From Thermoplasmata archaeon (GTDB lineage: Archaea > Thermoplasmatota > Thermoplasmata > Thermoplasmatales > GCA-001856825): a stretch of DNA of 64,000 bases. The position numbers were made by a program, and so were the translations under genes. Shown piece after piece: positions 8,807-18,775 of the stretch. The DNA lies in the NCBI GenBank assembly GCA_021792255.1, contig JAJYUZ010000003.1:1-64000 (forward strand), given 5' to 3'. Every line of letters begins with the position of its first letter. The first letter of the stretch is position 1. The notes under the pieces were generated by a model. The model searched no databases. It was not told the DNA's origin and was given only the letters and a program-made list of their open reading frames with translations.

Positions 8807-10201
8807 TCAATCCTGCATCTTAGTTTTCAAAGGGGAGCCGCAGTTTGGACAGAATTTTGGGTTTTCAAAAAGAAGTTTTTTTCCGCATTCTGGACAGAAT
8901 TTTATAAAGTCATCTTTGGAAGGTTGTGACCTTGAACCGTCAGCCAAAGTATCGCTGCTATTTACATGGATGTTGGTTTCTTTCTTCGGAACTTCGGTAT
9001 CTCTTTTTATTGATTCTGTATTGTCATTAGCTGGATTTGTTGCCTTTTCATTCGAGGACTTTTCTTGATTCGATGATTTCGGATCTGATTTTGTATCACG
9101 ACTTAAGGTAGATCCTTGAATCTTCTTCTCTTCTACTGGCGATCCACAACTGTCGCAGAATCTTGAATTTGGATTGGAAATCTTTGTTCCGCAATTAATG
9201 CAAAAAACGTTTTCCTTTGATTTGTTCATGTTTACATCTTTCCTCCCTTGTTTATCTTTTTTCTCATTGTCATCATTTTTCAGATGGCTTCCTGTACTTT
9301 TACTTCCACCAGCTCTATTCAAGAATACAGTACCTGTCCTATCCGTATATGCGGGGACTACATTGAGAGGATCAACATCCTCAACCAGGCATGACGCTGG
9401 GACCGCTTCTCCTGTGTAACCCTGACTCTGTCCGCACCAAGTACAGACTTTAGTCCCCAGAGGCATCTCTGACTGACCGCACCTGAGGCAAGTGACGAAT
9501 TTTGGGGGATTCTCCTTTCTCAATCTCTCGAGCAACTCTGAATATTTTGCCACTTGTTGACCAAATATCTGCACTCTCTCCTGACTGAATTGCAGATATT
9601 GCCGACTCCATTCAGCCTCTCTCACAGCGTTCTGATCAACTACCTGTCTCTGCATAGGAAAAATCAGGAAGTCGTAAGAGAATGTGCCGGTGCCTCCAAA
9701 CGTACTGACGGGATTGTAAGTGTTTCCAAAGATCGGCGCCGGAGTGATTACGCTTTTGGTGGTCTGAATACTCCCGAGTTCGCGCTGGGAAACGGCAACC
9801 CCGTCATTCCCTGCTTGCAGGTATGCCTTTGCAAATGTAACTATCCCTCTAATGAGTTGGGTAGGCCACTTATCTATTGTGACTTTCCTCTCTATGAGGG
9901 CGTTCACGAGATCATAATGTCTCTTGCACAGGGAGAGACCGCCGGGCGTATTGTATTGTATTTGGTCTGGAAATTTGGCGGCGGGAAAACTGGGGTTTCC
10001 TTTCTCAGGAAAGAGTTGAAGTCTGCAGACGTGACATATCGTTCTAATGTAAAGATCTGCACCCCATTCTCTTCCGCCAGTACCTCCAAACTCTGGGCTG
10101 AGCTCTCTCCGAAGTCCGGATGGATCTCGATGGTAGATATCTAAAGTTCTTGAAGGATTTGTTTGAACGACTGGGGAATTAGATTTTTTCCACATCGGCA
10201 C
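8807..10201 (-). CDS. Multi-zinc-ribbon protein: three double zinc ribbons plus an N-terminal CxxC..CxxH module
   Basis: CLRC..CTWC, CINC..CDSC, CPEC..CPNC; GGAGG RBS before GTG. Confidence 0.8.
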   Translation of the reverse strand: MPMWKKSNSPVVQTNPSRTLDIYHRDPSGLRRELSPEFGGTGGREWGADLYIRTICHVCRLQLFPEKGNPSFPAAKFPDQIQYNTPGGLSLCKRHYDLVNALIERKVTIDKWPTQLIRGIVTFAKAYLQAGNDGVAVSQRELGSIQTTKSVITPAPIFGNTYNPVSTFGGTGTFSYDFLIFPMQRQVVDQNAVREAEWSRQYLQFSQERVQIFGQQVAKYSELLERLRKENPPKFVTCLRCGQSEMPLGTKVCTWCGQSQGYTGEAVPASCLVEDVDPLNVVPAYTDRTGTVFLNRAGGSKSTGSHLKNDDNEKKDKQGRKDVNMNKSKENVFCINCGTKISNPNSRFCDSCGSPVEEKKIQGSTLSRDTKSDPKSSNQEKSSNEKATNPANDNTESIKRDTEVPKKETNIHVNSSDTLADGSRSQPSKDDFIKFCPECGKKLLFENPKFCPNCGSPLKTKMQD

Positions 10202-10213
10202 TTTTGTCCCTCC

Positions 10214-10729
10214 TTACTGAGTTGCAGGCTTCTTGATTCCTCCCTTCGCTAGATGAGGCGAGGCTGCAAAAGTGAAGGCCGCTATGATTATCACCACCAC
10301 GATACTAATTAGGCTGCCTAAGTAAGCATCCCACACAAATGCGATTACGATGGCAATGATGCCTGTATACAAACCCTCTCTATCTGCATCGTACATGTTG
10401 TAGGCAGTGAAGAAACTCAGAAGAGTCAGTATCAACCCGACTCCGATCCCCGGATTATAATGAATTTCAAACTCGAACGCAGTTGAATACAAGTTTGATA
10501 GAACCGCTAATACCCAAATTATGAAGGCCACTGTAACGGTCCAGTGCCTCTTTGCTGGAAACGTCGGTGCCGTGTATGTTTGGGTTTGACTGGCCGAAAC
10601 ATTCTGCTGTTGCTGATACTGTCCGCCCTGACTGTCGGTTTGTGAATTTGATGAAGATAATGGTGCGCCGCAACTCGCACAGAACTTTGCTCCTGGACGA
10701 TTTTCTGATCCGCAGTTTGAGCAAAACAC
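10214..10729 (-). CDS. Zinc-ribbon membrane protein (N-terminal double zinc ribbon, Q-rich linker, about 4 TM)
   Basis: MFCSNCG..AKFCASCG; hydrophobic C-half; TTTAAATA about 30 nt upstream. Confidence 0.85.
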   Translation of the reverse strand: MFCSNCGSENRPGAKFCASCGAPLSSSNSQTDSQGGQYQQQQNVSASQTQTYTAPTFPAKRHWTVTVAFIIWVLAVLSNLYSTAFEFEIHYNPGIGVGLILTLLSFFTAYNMYDADREGLYTGIIAIVIAFVWDAYLGSLISIVVVIIIAAFTFAASPHLAKGGIKKPATQ

Positions 10730-11012
10730 TACTAAAGTACAACAGGCGCTTATTTAAATTTTTATATCGAGATTAATTACTTTTACTGCGACAAACAACT
10801 GCCTAAATTGTCGTCGCTTTTAATCAACAGAAAAAAATTTATGAATTTGCGATAGAATGAGATGATTGATATAGATAAGTATTAGATTTTGTTGTTTGAG
10901 ATTGGCGCTTTATATTCAGAAAATTCTCTCTTTTCCAGGCGCTGTATTTTACGGCGATCATCCATTCGTTGCAAAGATTTTAATGGTGGTTTCTGATTAG
11001 CCCGAATAATCG

Positions 11013-14000
11013 GTGGACTTGATGGATTCAACAAGCAGAATTAAGGCTCTGACAAATTCAGTGAGAAACATGAGCTCGGAATCAAAGACCGGAATCGTTC
11101 TTGCGATAACGTTCTTCTTTTCCCTGTTCCTCAGCCTGTTCTTCGTGATAGGTCCTGCGGTCAAGGCGGATTACGCAGTTTCAGGAGGATCAGATGCATA
11201 CTACAACATGAGAATTGTTCAGTACATACTGTCCACCCATCATCAGTTATTGTTTGATCCGGGATTGAATTACCCGGTAGGTCTGGAAAACCCTAGACCA
11301 CCCTTCTTTCACTGGCTGATAGTTCTTCTAGGATACGCTTTCTCGCCATTCCTAGGAGGGGTCTACAAGTCGACCATGTCGATGTTCCTGGCAAGTACAG
11401 CCATAGGAGGAGCTTTCATAGTCTTTCCTACCTACTTGCTCGGAAGGGAACTCTTTGGAAGCAAGGTCGGTGTAATTGCAGCAATCCTGGTGGCAATGTC
11501 CCCGCTGACTCTAATGAAGAGCATAGGCACCATCGGCCTATTCGATATATATACAGCCCTCTTTGGTCTCATGTTCATATACTTCTTCCTGAAGGCAGTA
11601 AACACATTCAGGTTCGATGCGCAGGATTCTCCTATCATAAAGAGCATACTTCAGTCAATCAAGAGCAACCCCATTTCCATTACTTATTCACTCCTGGCCG
11701 GAGTCTCTTTGGCAGGCTCAATGCTCACCTGGGTTGGTTCCATCTCCCTTATGGTCATACTGGCAGGTGCGGCAGTAATCCAGCTGGCCATCTTTGCCAT
11801 TAAGAAGAAGAGCGCCCTTTCAATCTTCGTTTCAAACCTGTTCTTCGGATCTGCATTCGTGATAGCTTTCCCCTGGTACTATATAACCAACTTCGTTGCC
11901 GTCAGATTCGAGTATCCCCTGATAATGTGGGCAGCACTTTTTATTGCTTCGGTTTACTTCCTGTTGCTACAGAAACGTCCCTGGCTTCTGTCGATAGGAT
12001 TTTTCATCCTAGCGGCTGCGGCCGCTATATTGCTAATGTACAAGTTTGACAGAGCCATCATTTCCTCCATACTTTCCGGCCAGCACTATTTCATCAAGAA
12101 CAAGATATACGACACAATTGCAGAAGCCCAGCCGCTCTCACTAGGAGAGGATCTGTTGGAGTTCGGAGCGTTCACGTTCTTCGCATCCTTCATAGGCATA
12201 GCCTACCTTGTATACAAGTGGGTCAGAACCGCTACATTCAACATGACTATAGCTGTGCTCTATTTCGGTGGGATCATCGTCATAAGTATGATAGCTTCCA
12301 AGTTCCTTTACTTTGGAGCTACCGCAGCTTCCATTCTAACGGGATACATTCTCGTGAGGGCATTCGAACTTCTATCGTTCAAAGAGGCAATCGAAAAATC
12401 GAGAGGAAGATCCATCAGGACTGCACTCAGGAAAGAAATCAAATTTGCTCATTATGCGACGATCCTGATAGTCGTATTCCTCCTTATAGTCCCAACAACG
12501 TTCTACGCTGTGGATTCTGCTATACCCTACAACAACAAGACTGCTTATGATAAGCAGCTGTACAACGACACCCCCTCATTCCTGAGACCCGCCAATTACA
12601 CCGCACCGTATTATCTCGGAGCATTTGGAGCGAGCCTCGCTACACCCAATCAACCATGGGGAAGAGCACTGACTTGGTTCCAGAATCAAGACGCCCAGCT
12701 TCCGCCTAGCGAACGCCCAGCATTCACATCGTGGTGGGATTACGGATTCCAAACGATAGAGCAGGGTGGTCACCCAGTGATGGCAGACAACTTCCAGGAC
12801 GGAGTCTATCCCGCTGCTCAGATTTTACTGGCGCAGAACGAGAGCGAAATATTGTCCGTCTGGATCACAAGGATGCTCTACAACTATTCCGTAGCCGGAG
12901 ACCTAAATAATTCATCGCTGATCTCGGTCCTCCAGCAATATTTAGGACAGACTGGAGAGACCCAGGTTATGAGTTATGAGACGAACCCTCAGAGCTACCT
13001 CGCTCAGGTATACGCGGACCCTTCTTACTATGGAGAACACTCTTCATCTATCCAGGGTGGGGATCTCATTTACATCCTCCTGGAGCACTACCTGACTAAC
13101 ACGTATTCCCTGAATACTCTCATAAACTTGTATTCTGCAATTGAACAGTTGATGAACAAGGACATGAGCTACATCGCAGTGGACTACAGTCTTTTCCCGT
13201 TCAATGGAACGAATACCGGAATATTCTACGCTCCCTCATATCTCGGGGACTTCCCGTATGCCAATGCCTCAGGGGAAATAATCCCGACAGAGTTCTACAC
13301 AATCAACGTGACGGACACATCTGGAAACACCTATTCTCTTCAGACGTTTCCCTCGGGAGATACTGCTGCTAGCTACAGCATAAGTTACACGTCTGCATTC
13401 TACAACAGTACGATTTACAGGGCATTCATCGGTTACCCGCCAAGTGCGATCGGATCATCTGGCGGCATACCGGGATTCACGTCCAACCTCACTTCCTACC
13501 CTGCGATGCAGGGCTGGGGACTATCCAATTTCGAGCTCGTCTACAAGACGATCCTCTGGAATCCTTACACGGACTACCAGAACCACACTTCCGCATGGAA
13601 GACCGTCTCGCTAGAACAGGGATATACGTACATGAAGAACCACGATGGAACGGTCGACCTGTTTCCTCCTGCTTCCGTTCTTTCTAACGACGTCGTCTTC
13701 CTCCAGTACTATCCTGGTGCAATAGTTAACGGAAGAGTGACCAATACGAATGGCCAACCCATAGAGGGAGTCAGGGTCACGCTCACTGATCAGTACGGAA
13801 TTCCGCACCAGACAGTTCTCACTAACGCAACGGGATATTATTCCATATATGCGGTCGCAGGAAACGACACCGTCACATACTCGACAGGAGCTCTAAACTC
13901 TCTTTACATGCTTGGCAACAAATCCCTTGGTTATTACAATGTGACTATTTCAGAGGCTCAAGCAAACAGAGATAGCTACAGTAACTACGGCCTCCCGACT

Positions 14001-17000
14001 TGGAATATCACGCACAATTTGGTCGTCAACTCGACTCAAGTGAATGGCGTAGTATTCTTGAACCTTGCACGGAGCGGTGTGTACACAAGCACCGACCAAA
14101 CGGTACAGGGAACAGTCAGGTACCACAACTCCACTTACAACATCACGTACGTGACCAACACAATGCAGAATGGAAGTTACCAAATCTCCAATGTCGCACC
14201 CTACAATTACAAGATTTCGGTTAATGCGTATGGTCACTGGTACAACAATACAACATCAGTCACCCCTTCCTCGACTACGGTTTCAAAGGACATTCCACTT
14301 ACCTATGGCATCATGAATGCCAGCCTGCAGTCAGGAGTATCTCTTGCATCGGGAGCCCGGATATCCTTCAGCAGAGGGAATTATTCGGTGACTTACAACC
14401 TGACCCAAGTTGATCAGGCGTACTATCTGCCTACTGGCATCTATAACATCAGTGCGTTCAATGCAGGCGAATGGGACAATTTCACCGCCCAGCTAACGAA
14501 CAACAGTACCGCAGACCTGAATCTGGCATTCTCTACGCAGTACAGAATAACTTTCGTGACTGATGTGAATGGCCAGCCTGTCAGCGCTCTGGTGGAGATA
14601 AACAACGGGACGTCGCTTACCCAGTCGATACAGACCGACTCGAACGGAATTGGTTATTTCAGCACTCCAGCTTCGACAAATCTCGTCTATTCGGATGTGT
14701 TCTATAACGGTCATTATTATTCGGCTACACAAATCCTGAACGTCACGGGAGCAGCGACTGTTGTGCTAAGTCTTCAGTATTCTTACCTAGTTTCTGGTCA
14801 GTACAAGGTGAACAATGTTGGACAGAACAATACGGACATAGCCATAGCTGGAAACAATTCCTTCACCTTACTTTTCGGTAACAAGACCGGCTACTTCTCG
14901 GCATATCTCCCTGCTGGTGAGTACAGCATTGTGACATATTCCCACTACAACTTTTCGCTCTATGTCGCTTCTCAGGAATTCACTGTAAGCGACCAGAACG
15001 TGTACCTCAGACTAAACGGATATCACGGGTACCAACTGAACGGTACTGTTTCGTACGACAAGAAATCCGTAAAGGGCCTAGTGACCTCTCAGCTCAACGG
15101 CAGATCCTACTTCGATTACTTTGATACGGGTGGTGCCTATTCCATATATCTGCAGAATGGAGTTACCTTAGGCAGCCTGAATTTCATAACACCTGGCTAT
15201 TCTGTGGAATCGTACACCTCGACCAATATCCAGCTGAAAGTTCTCCCGGTAGACGTTTCTGTATATGCGTCCTATTCTGGAAGCGTCTCACTCACTCTCT
15301 ACCTGAACGGTTCCACGGACTACACGGCGACAGGAACACACTACTTCAATCTCTCGATAAATCCCGGGAATTATACTGTGGCATTCTCTCACCCGGGGAC
15401 CACGACATCATCCACCCTGATGGGCATAGACGTAGTCGCGGGAGAGGCGATTCAGCCCTTCTATACTGACCTATACATTAAGGCAAAGCTGTCAGTGGAT
15501 CCGGTCCAGAAGGTCTACATATTCAAGAATGGTGAACTTGTTTCTTCCACACTGAACAACACTCTGCTGATCGGCACCTACACCATTTACTCGTATAGTG
15601 GTGACACCGCTGCACTCGAGACCATTAATCTCACAAAGGATACGGTAGTTACTCTAAACTTCCAGACCGCTTACAACGTCACGCTCGTCACCACCCCCAA
15701 CGGCAATGTCGGCATTGCCTCTCAGTACGGAAACATTACCTGGCAGGGCTCCGTTCTTCTTCCAGGTGGTACCTACGACTTCACTCTGGATAAGGCTTAC
15801 AATTCCACCTACGCCTACTATGCATCTTATTCACTGTACCTTTCTTCTTCACAGACCGTGACGCTTTCTGGGACCTTGAAAGAAGTGCTTTATGCCGCTT
15901 CGATACAGTATCACTACAGCGGATCATCCGTCACGACAGGCACTTATTATATTCAGGGCACGAAGAACGTCACAGGAAGCTTCAATTCTGGACCTGTTTC
16001 CCTGCCCAACGGGAACTATTCGATATACGCCACTTCCGGGAACTATGCGTACTTCGGTGGATTCAGCGTATCATCCTCGAACCTGAGTCTGAACTTCACC
16101 CTTCAGAGGGCATATCCTCTCAACTACGGAACTTACCTCAATAACTCGTCCTACAAGGGAATGGTATCGATCCAGGACGGTGTGAACTATTACCTTCCAC
16201 CTAGCGGAATAATCAACCTGCCGAACGGCACTTACGTCTTTAACGGTTCGACCAGATACACCTACTATGGATATTTGGACAACTACTCCATCGATCAGAC
16301 GATCAGGGTTTCTGGCATAAGTTCTGCCACCCTTTCGTTCAAGATTGATTCCATAGTGAAGGTGACATTCTATGCAGAATCAGGTAGCCCAGTCCTAGCA
16401 AACAACCAGTCGATCACTTTTCCACTTCTCATCACCAGCCACTCCAACATTCCCCTAAATTTCACGATCGGTAATTCTTCGTCCTTCTACGTCAGCGGCA
16501 ACAGCACGACCCTTGCACCCTATTCTTCCGGAGAAACTAACGTCACCATTAAGGTCCCGAGATATCAGTTCGCGGGTAACAACTCCGTCTACGTTAGGAT
16601 ATACTACGGAGACACCTACTACAACGTAAACGTCAACATCACCGTATCCCCCGTCCTGAGCATCACCGCCACTGCAAAGAACAATTCAGGCAAGATCGTC
16701 GGAGACCTGCTGGAAATTCCTTGGAAACTGTTCAACAATGGAAACACGAAGACGTACGTCAATGCGACGATCATGAACTCCGCGCAACTCAAGGCAAATG
16801 GCATCAACGTGACGTTCAATAACTCTGTGACCTATTCCACTAAGATCAACTCAAATTCGAACGAATCCACGTACTTGATAATTAATTCCACGTCTGGGAA
16901 GACAATCTCCGGAACCATCGTTTCCATCCTTCTATCGTACGGAAACACCACGAAGATTGTGACAGTTAAACTGACCGCTCCAGAACTTTCGGTCAGTAAG

Positions 17001-17135
17001 GCTTCGGGAACTGGACACGATCTCTCCGCTTATTCTCCAATGACCCAGGATTACTACATATACGCCTTCTCTGCTTTCATCGTGCTTGCGATGGTTGCAG
17101 TCATGCTGATTTTCAGAAGGAGGTTCAGAACGTGA
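11013..17135 (+). CDS. aglB: Oligosaccharyltransferase AglB (STT3 family) with a very long beta-rich extracellular extension and a C-terminal TM anchor
   Basis: GSDAYYNMR, TIAE, WWDYG and DNFQ motifs; multi-TM N-half; carboxypeptidase-regulatory-like segment (VNGRVTNTNGQPIEGVRV); tail TM plus RRRFR. Confidence 0.93.
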   Translation: MDLMDSTSRIKALTNSVRNMSSESKTGIVLAITFFFSLFLSLFFVIGPAVKADYAVSGGSDAYYNMRIVQYILSTHHQLLFDPGLNYPVGLENPRPPFFHWLIVLLGYAFSPFLGGVYKSTMSMFLASTAIGGAFIVFPTYLLGRELFGSKVGVIAAILVAMSPLTLMKSIGTIGLFDIYTALFGLMFIYFFLKAVNTFRFDAQDSPIIKSILQSIKSNPISITYSLLAGVSLAGSMLTWVGSISLMVILAGAAVIQLAIFAIKKKSALSIFVSNLFFGSAFVIAFPWYYITNFVAVRFEYPLIMWAALFIASVYFLLLQKRPWLLSIGFFILAAAAAILLMYKFDRAIISSILSGQHYFIKNKIYDTIAEAQPLSLGEDLLEFGAFTFFASFIGIAYLVYKWVRTATFNMTIAVLYFGGIIVISMIASKFLYFGATAASILTGYILVRAFELLSFKEAIEKSRGRSIRTALRKEIKFAHYATILIVVFLLIVPTTFYAVDSAIPYNNKTAYDKQLYNDTPSFLRPANYTAPYYLGAFGASLATPNQPWGRALTWFQNQDAQLPPSERPAFTSWWDYGFQTIEQGGHPVMADNFQDGVYPAAQILLAQNESEILSVWITRMLYNYSVAGDLNNSSLISVLQQYLGQTGETQVMSYETNPQSYLAQVYADPSYYGEHSSSIQGGDLIYILLEHYLTNTYSLNTLINLYSAIEQLMNKDMSYIAVDYSLFPFNGTNTGIFYAPSYLGDFPYANASGEIIPTEFYTINVTDTSGNTYSLQTFPSGDTAASYSISYTSAFYNSTIYRAFIGYPPSAIGSSGGIPGFTSNLTSYPAMQGWGLSNFELVYKTILWNPYTDYQNHTSAWKTVSLEQGYTYMKNHDGTVDLFPPASVLSNDVVFLQYYPGAIVNGRVTNTNGQPIEGVRVTLTDQYGIPHQTVLTNATGYYSIYAVAGNDTVTYSTGALNSLYMLGNKSLGYYNVTISEAQANRDSYSNYGLPTWNITHNLVVNSTQVNGVVFLNLARSGVYTSTDQTVQGTVRYHNSTYNITYVTNTMQNGSYQISNVAPYNYKISVNAYGHWYNNTTSVTPSSTTVSKDIPLTYGIMNASLQSGVSLASGARISFSRGNYSVTYNLTQVDQAYYLPTGIYNISAFNAGEWDNFTAQLTNNSTADLNLAFSTQYRITFVTDVNGQPVSALVEINNGTSLTQSIQTDSNGIGYFSTPASTNLVYSDVFYNGHYYSATQILNVTGAATVVLSLQYSYLVSGQYKVNNVGQNNTDIAIAGNNSFTLLFGNKTGYFSAYLPAGEYSIVTYSHYNFSLYVASQEFTVSDQNVYLRLNGYHGYQLNGTVSYDKKSVKGLVTSQLNGRSYFDYFDTGGAYSIYLQNGVTLGSLNFITPGYSVESYTSTNIQLKVLPVDVSVYASYSGSVSLTLYLNGSTDYTATGTHYFNLSINPGNYTVAFSHPGTTTSSTLMGIDVVAGEAIQPFYTDLYIKAKLSVDPVQKVYIFKNGELVSSTLNNTLLIGTYTIYSYSGDTAALETINLTKDTVVTLNFQTAYNVTLVTTPNGNVGIASQYGNITWQGSVLLPGGTYDFTLDKAYNSTYAYYASYSLYLSSSQTVTLSGTLKEVLYAASIQYHYSGSSVTTGTYYIQGTKNVTGSFNSGPVSLPNGNYSIYATSGNYAYFGGFSVSSSNLSLNFTLQRAYPLNYGTYLNNSSYKGMVSIQDGVNYYLPPSGIINLPNGTYVFNGSTRYTYYGYLDNYSIDQTIRVSGISSATLSFKIDSIVKVTFYAESGSPVLANNQSITFPLLITSHSNIPLNFTIGNSSSFYVSGNSTTLAPYSSGETNVTIKVPRYQFAGNNSVYVRIYYGDTYYNVNVNITVSPVLSITATAKNNSGKIVGDLLEIPWKLFNNGNTKTYVNATIMNSAQLKANGINVTFNNSVTYSTKINSNSNESTYLIINSTSGKTISGTIVSILLSYGNTTKIVTVKLTAPELSVSKASGTGHDLSAYSPMTQDYYIYAFSAFIVLAMVAVMLIFRRRFRT

Positions 17136-17893
17136 GGACTCTACTAGCACTCATCTTAGTAGCGATGATCGTTGGTTCTGCTTTCGCCATCAACGCGGAT
17201 GCGAGCGTAAGCACATCCGGGCCAGTCAGCGTGACAGGTCCCTCCGCAGTGGCTATAAACTCAACCTTCAATTACTCTGTGAGCGTCCAGCAAATCTTCA
17301 AGAACTATTCTGCGACGATGATCGTTTCAGGTAACAACTTGACGGGTGCATCACCCATCTCTCCTGTTTACAAGAATAACATCACGAGCGGCCCGACGTA
17401 CTTCTCAATTACAGCGCCCTCTGTCCAGACCACGATGTTCCTGATGTTCCAGGTCACTGGATACATGACGAACGGTGCGAAATTCTACTACAACCTGACC
17501 TCAATGGTGACGGTCAAACAGTTCACCGTCCTCAGCGCCTCCATCAAGAATCCTTCACAGTTCGCGCTGAATTCGATAAACGTCACTTTTGAAGTCAACG
17601 GCAAATACGTCGGTAGCAAGATCGTGAATATATCAAAGAATTCTACCCAAAATGTGACGTACCAGTGGGTATCCGGGCTTTTGCCGGCCGGAGTCTACAC
17701 TGTCACAGTACACGTCAACAATACCATAGTAGCACTGAAAAACGGGAATTCCTACACCTTCCAGATTCAGTCGGGTAATCCCTACATTGTTTACATCTAC
17801 ATAGGAGTCATAGCGTTTCTTGCGATAATAGTCGCAGTGACTTTCATCGCGAGCTATTACGCAAGGAAAAGGAGACCCAAGTGGAAAAAGTAA
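17132..17893 (+). CDS. Secreted, membrane-anchored Ig-like (CARDB-like) surface protein
   Basis: Signal peptide, S/T/N/V-rich beta composition, many N-x-S/T, C-terminal TM plus RKRRPKWKK; GTGA overlap with aglB. Confidence 0.8.
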   Translation: MRTLLALILVAMIVGSAFAINADASVSTSGPVSVTGPSAVAINSTFNYSVSVQQIFKNYSATMIVSGNNLTGASPISPVYKNNITSGPTYFSITAPSVQTTMFLMFQVTGYMTNGAKFYYNLTSMVTVKQFTVLSASIKNPSQFALNSINVTFEVNGKYVGSKIVNISKNSTQNVTYQWVSGLLPAGVYTVTVHVNNTIVALKNGNSYTFQIQSGNPYIVYIYIGVIAFLAIIVAVTFIASYYARKRRPKWKK

Positions 17894-18433
17894 TCAGAGG
17901 ATATCGTTGCTGAGGGCAATGTTTATCGCAGAACCAGAGTCTTCTCCCCTCTTTATGGTCCTTGAGCTCCCCTTCTCGTCTACTATCTGGAGTCTGAAGT
18001 CCCTCAGGCTCCGGATGATCTGATTTCTGTAGCTTCTGTCGCCGTTTCCGACCTTTATGATGAAGCTCTTGTACTTGCACTCGTTGCTGACCCTAGAAAC
18101 GTATTCCCTTATTTCCCCCACGTCATAGATGCTCCTTCTGTCTATGACTACATTATTAGCGAGGGTGGCTATGCCTGGAGCCGGTCCGGGATCGATACCC
18201 ACCACGATCTTCTCAGAATTTCTAGACCTTATCAGTTGCTTCAACCTGAACTCTTCAATCCCCCTCGTCCTGAAGACGTTGTTTCCGCTTAGCTCCATAT
18301 CTGTGAAGACCACATCAAATCCAGTGAAATTGTCCTCGGGGCCGAGAGAAGCAAAGGGTTCATTCATATCCTTGAGAAGAGTTAGTAGTCTATTGTAGAC
18401 CCTGAAATCCTTTGTCATGACTCCTAACTTCAA
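17894..18433 (-). CDS. Hypothetical protein with an RNase H-like (YqgF/RuvC-like) domain
   Basis: VVGIDPG, IKVGNG, IVDEKGSS, DSGSAINIA pattern. Confidence 0.65.
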   Translation of the reverse strand: MKLGVMTKDFRVYNRLLTLLKDMNEPFASLGPEDNFTGFDVVFTDMELSGNNVFRTRGIEEFRLKQLIRSRNSEKIVVGIDPGPAPGIATLANNVVIDRRSIYDVGEIREYVSRVSNECKYKSFIIKVGNGDRSYRNQIIRSLRDFRLQIVDEKGSSRTIKRGEDSGSAINIALSNDIL

Positions 18434-18500
18434 CGAATATGCATGTCTAATTTACTAAAAATATTTTACCTTCTCTTATTTCTGACCCTCTTGTTGGAAT

Positions 18501-18755
18501 CTAGAACACGTAGTCTGTTTTCTTTTCCTTTTCGATCTTCTCAAGCGTATCGGCGGTCTCTATGTATATTATATCCAGCATGTTGATCAAATAATTCTTG
18601 TCCTTGTCTGCAAGGTAAAGAAGTGGTTGGAAGGTATCTGACAGTCCATTAAATACTCCTTCCAGAACTTTTGGTTCGTTCCCAGACCTCAAATAAATCC
18701 TCACTTTAGATCCTTCCTTCAGACTGAAATTTTGGAATTCTTTCATTTTTTCCAA
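18501..18755 (-). CDS. Small hypothetical protein, possible Sm-like beta-barrel
   Basis: GSKVRIYL..LEGVFNGL..YLINMLDIIYIE resembles Sm1/Sm2 strands. Confidence 0.55.
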   Translation of the reverse strand: MEKMKEFQNFSLKEGSKVRIYLRSGNEPKVLEGVFNGLSDTFQPLLYLADKDKNYLINMLDIIYIETADTLEKIEKEKKTDYVF

Positions 18756-18775
18756 ATGAGTTACTTAATAAATAC

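Noticed and set aside
8846-8902. Direct repeat GGACAGAATTT
   Set aside because: Simply encodes the repeated KFCP of a zinc ribbon; not CRISPR-like.
9554-10144. 196-aa antisense ORF and other long shadow ORFs (for example 29780-30424 and 32316-32903)
   Set aside because: Antisense to well-supported genes and without motifs.
10740-11000. AT-rich spacer as a replication origin
   Set aside because: No repeated ORB-like boxes and no cdc6/orc1; two divergent promoters explain part of it.
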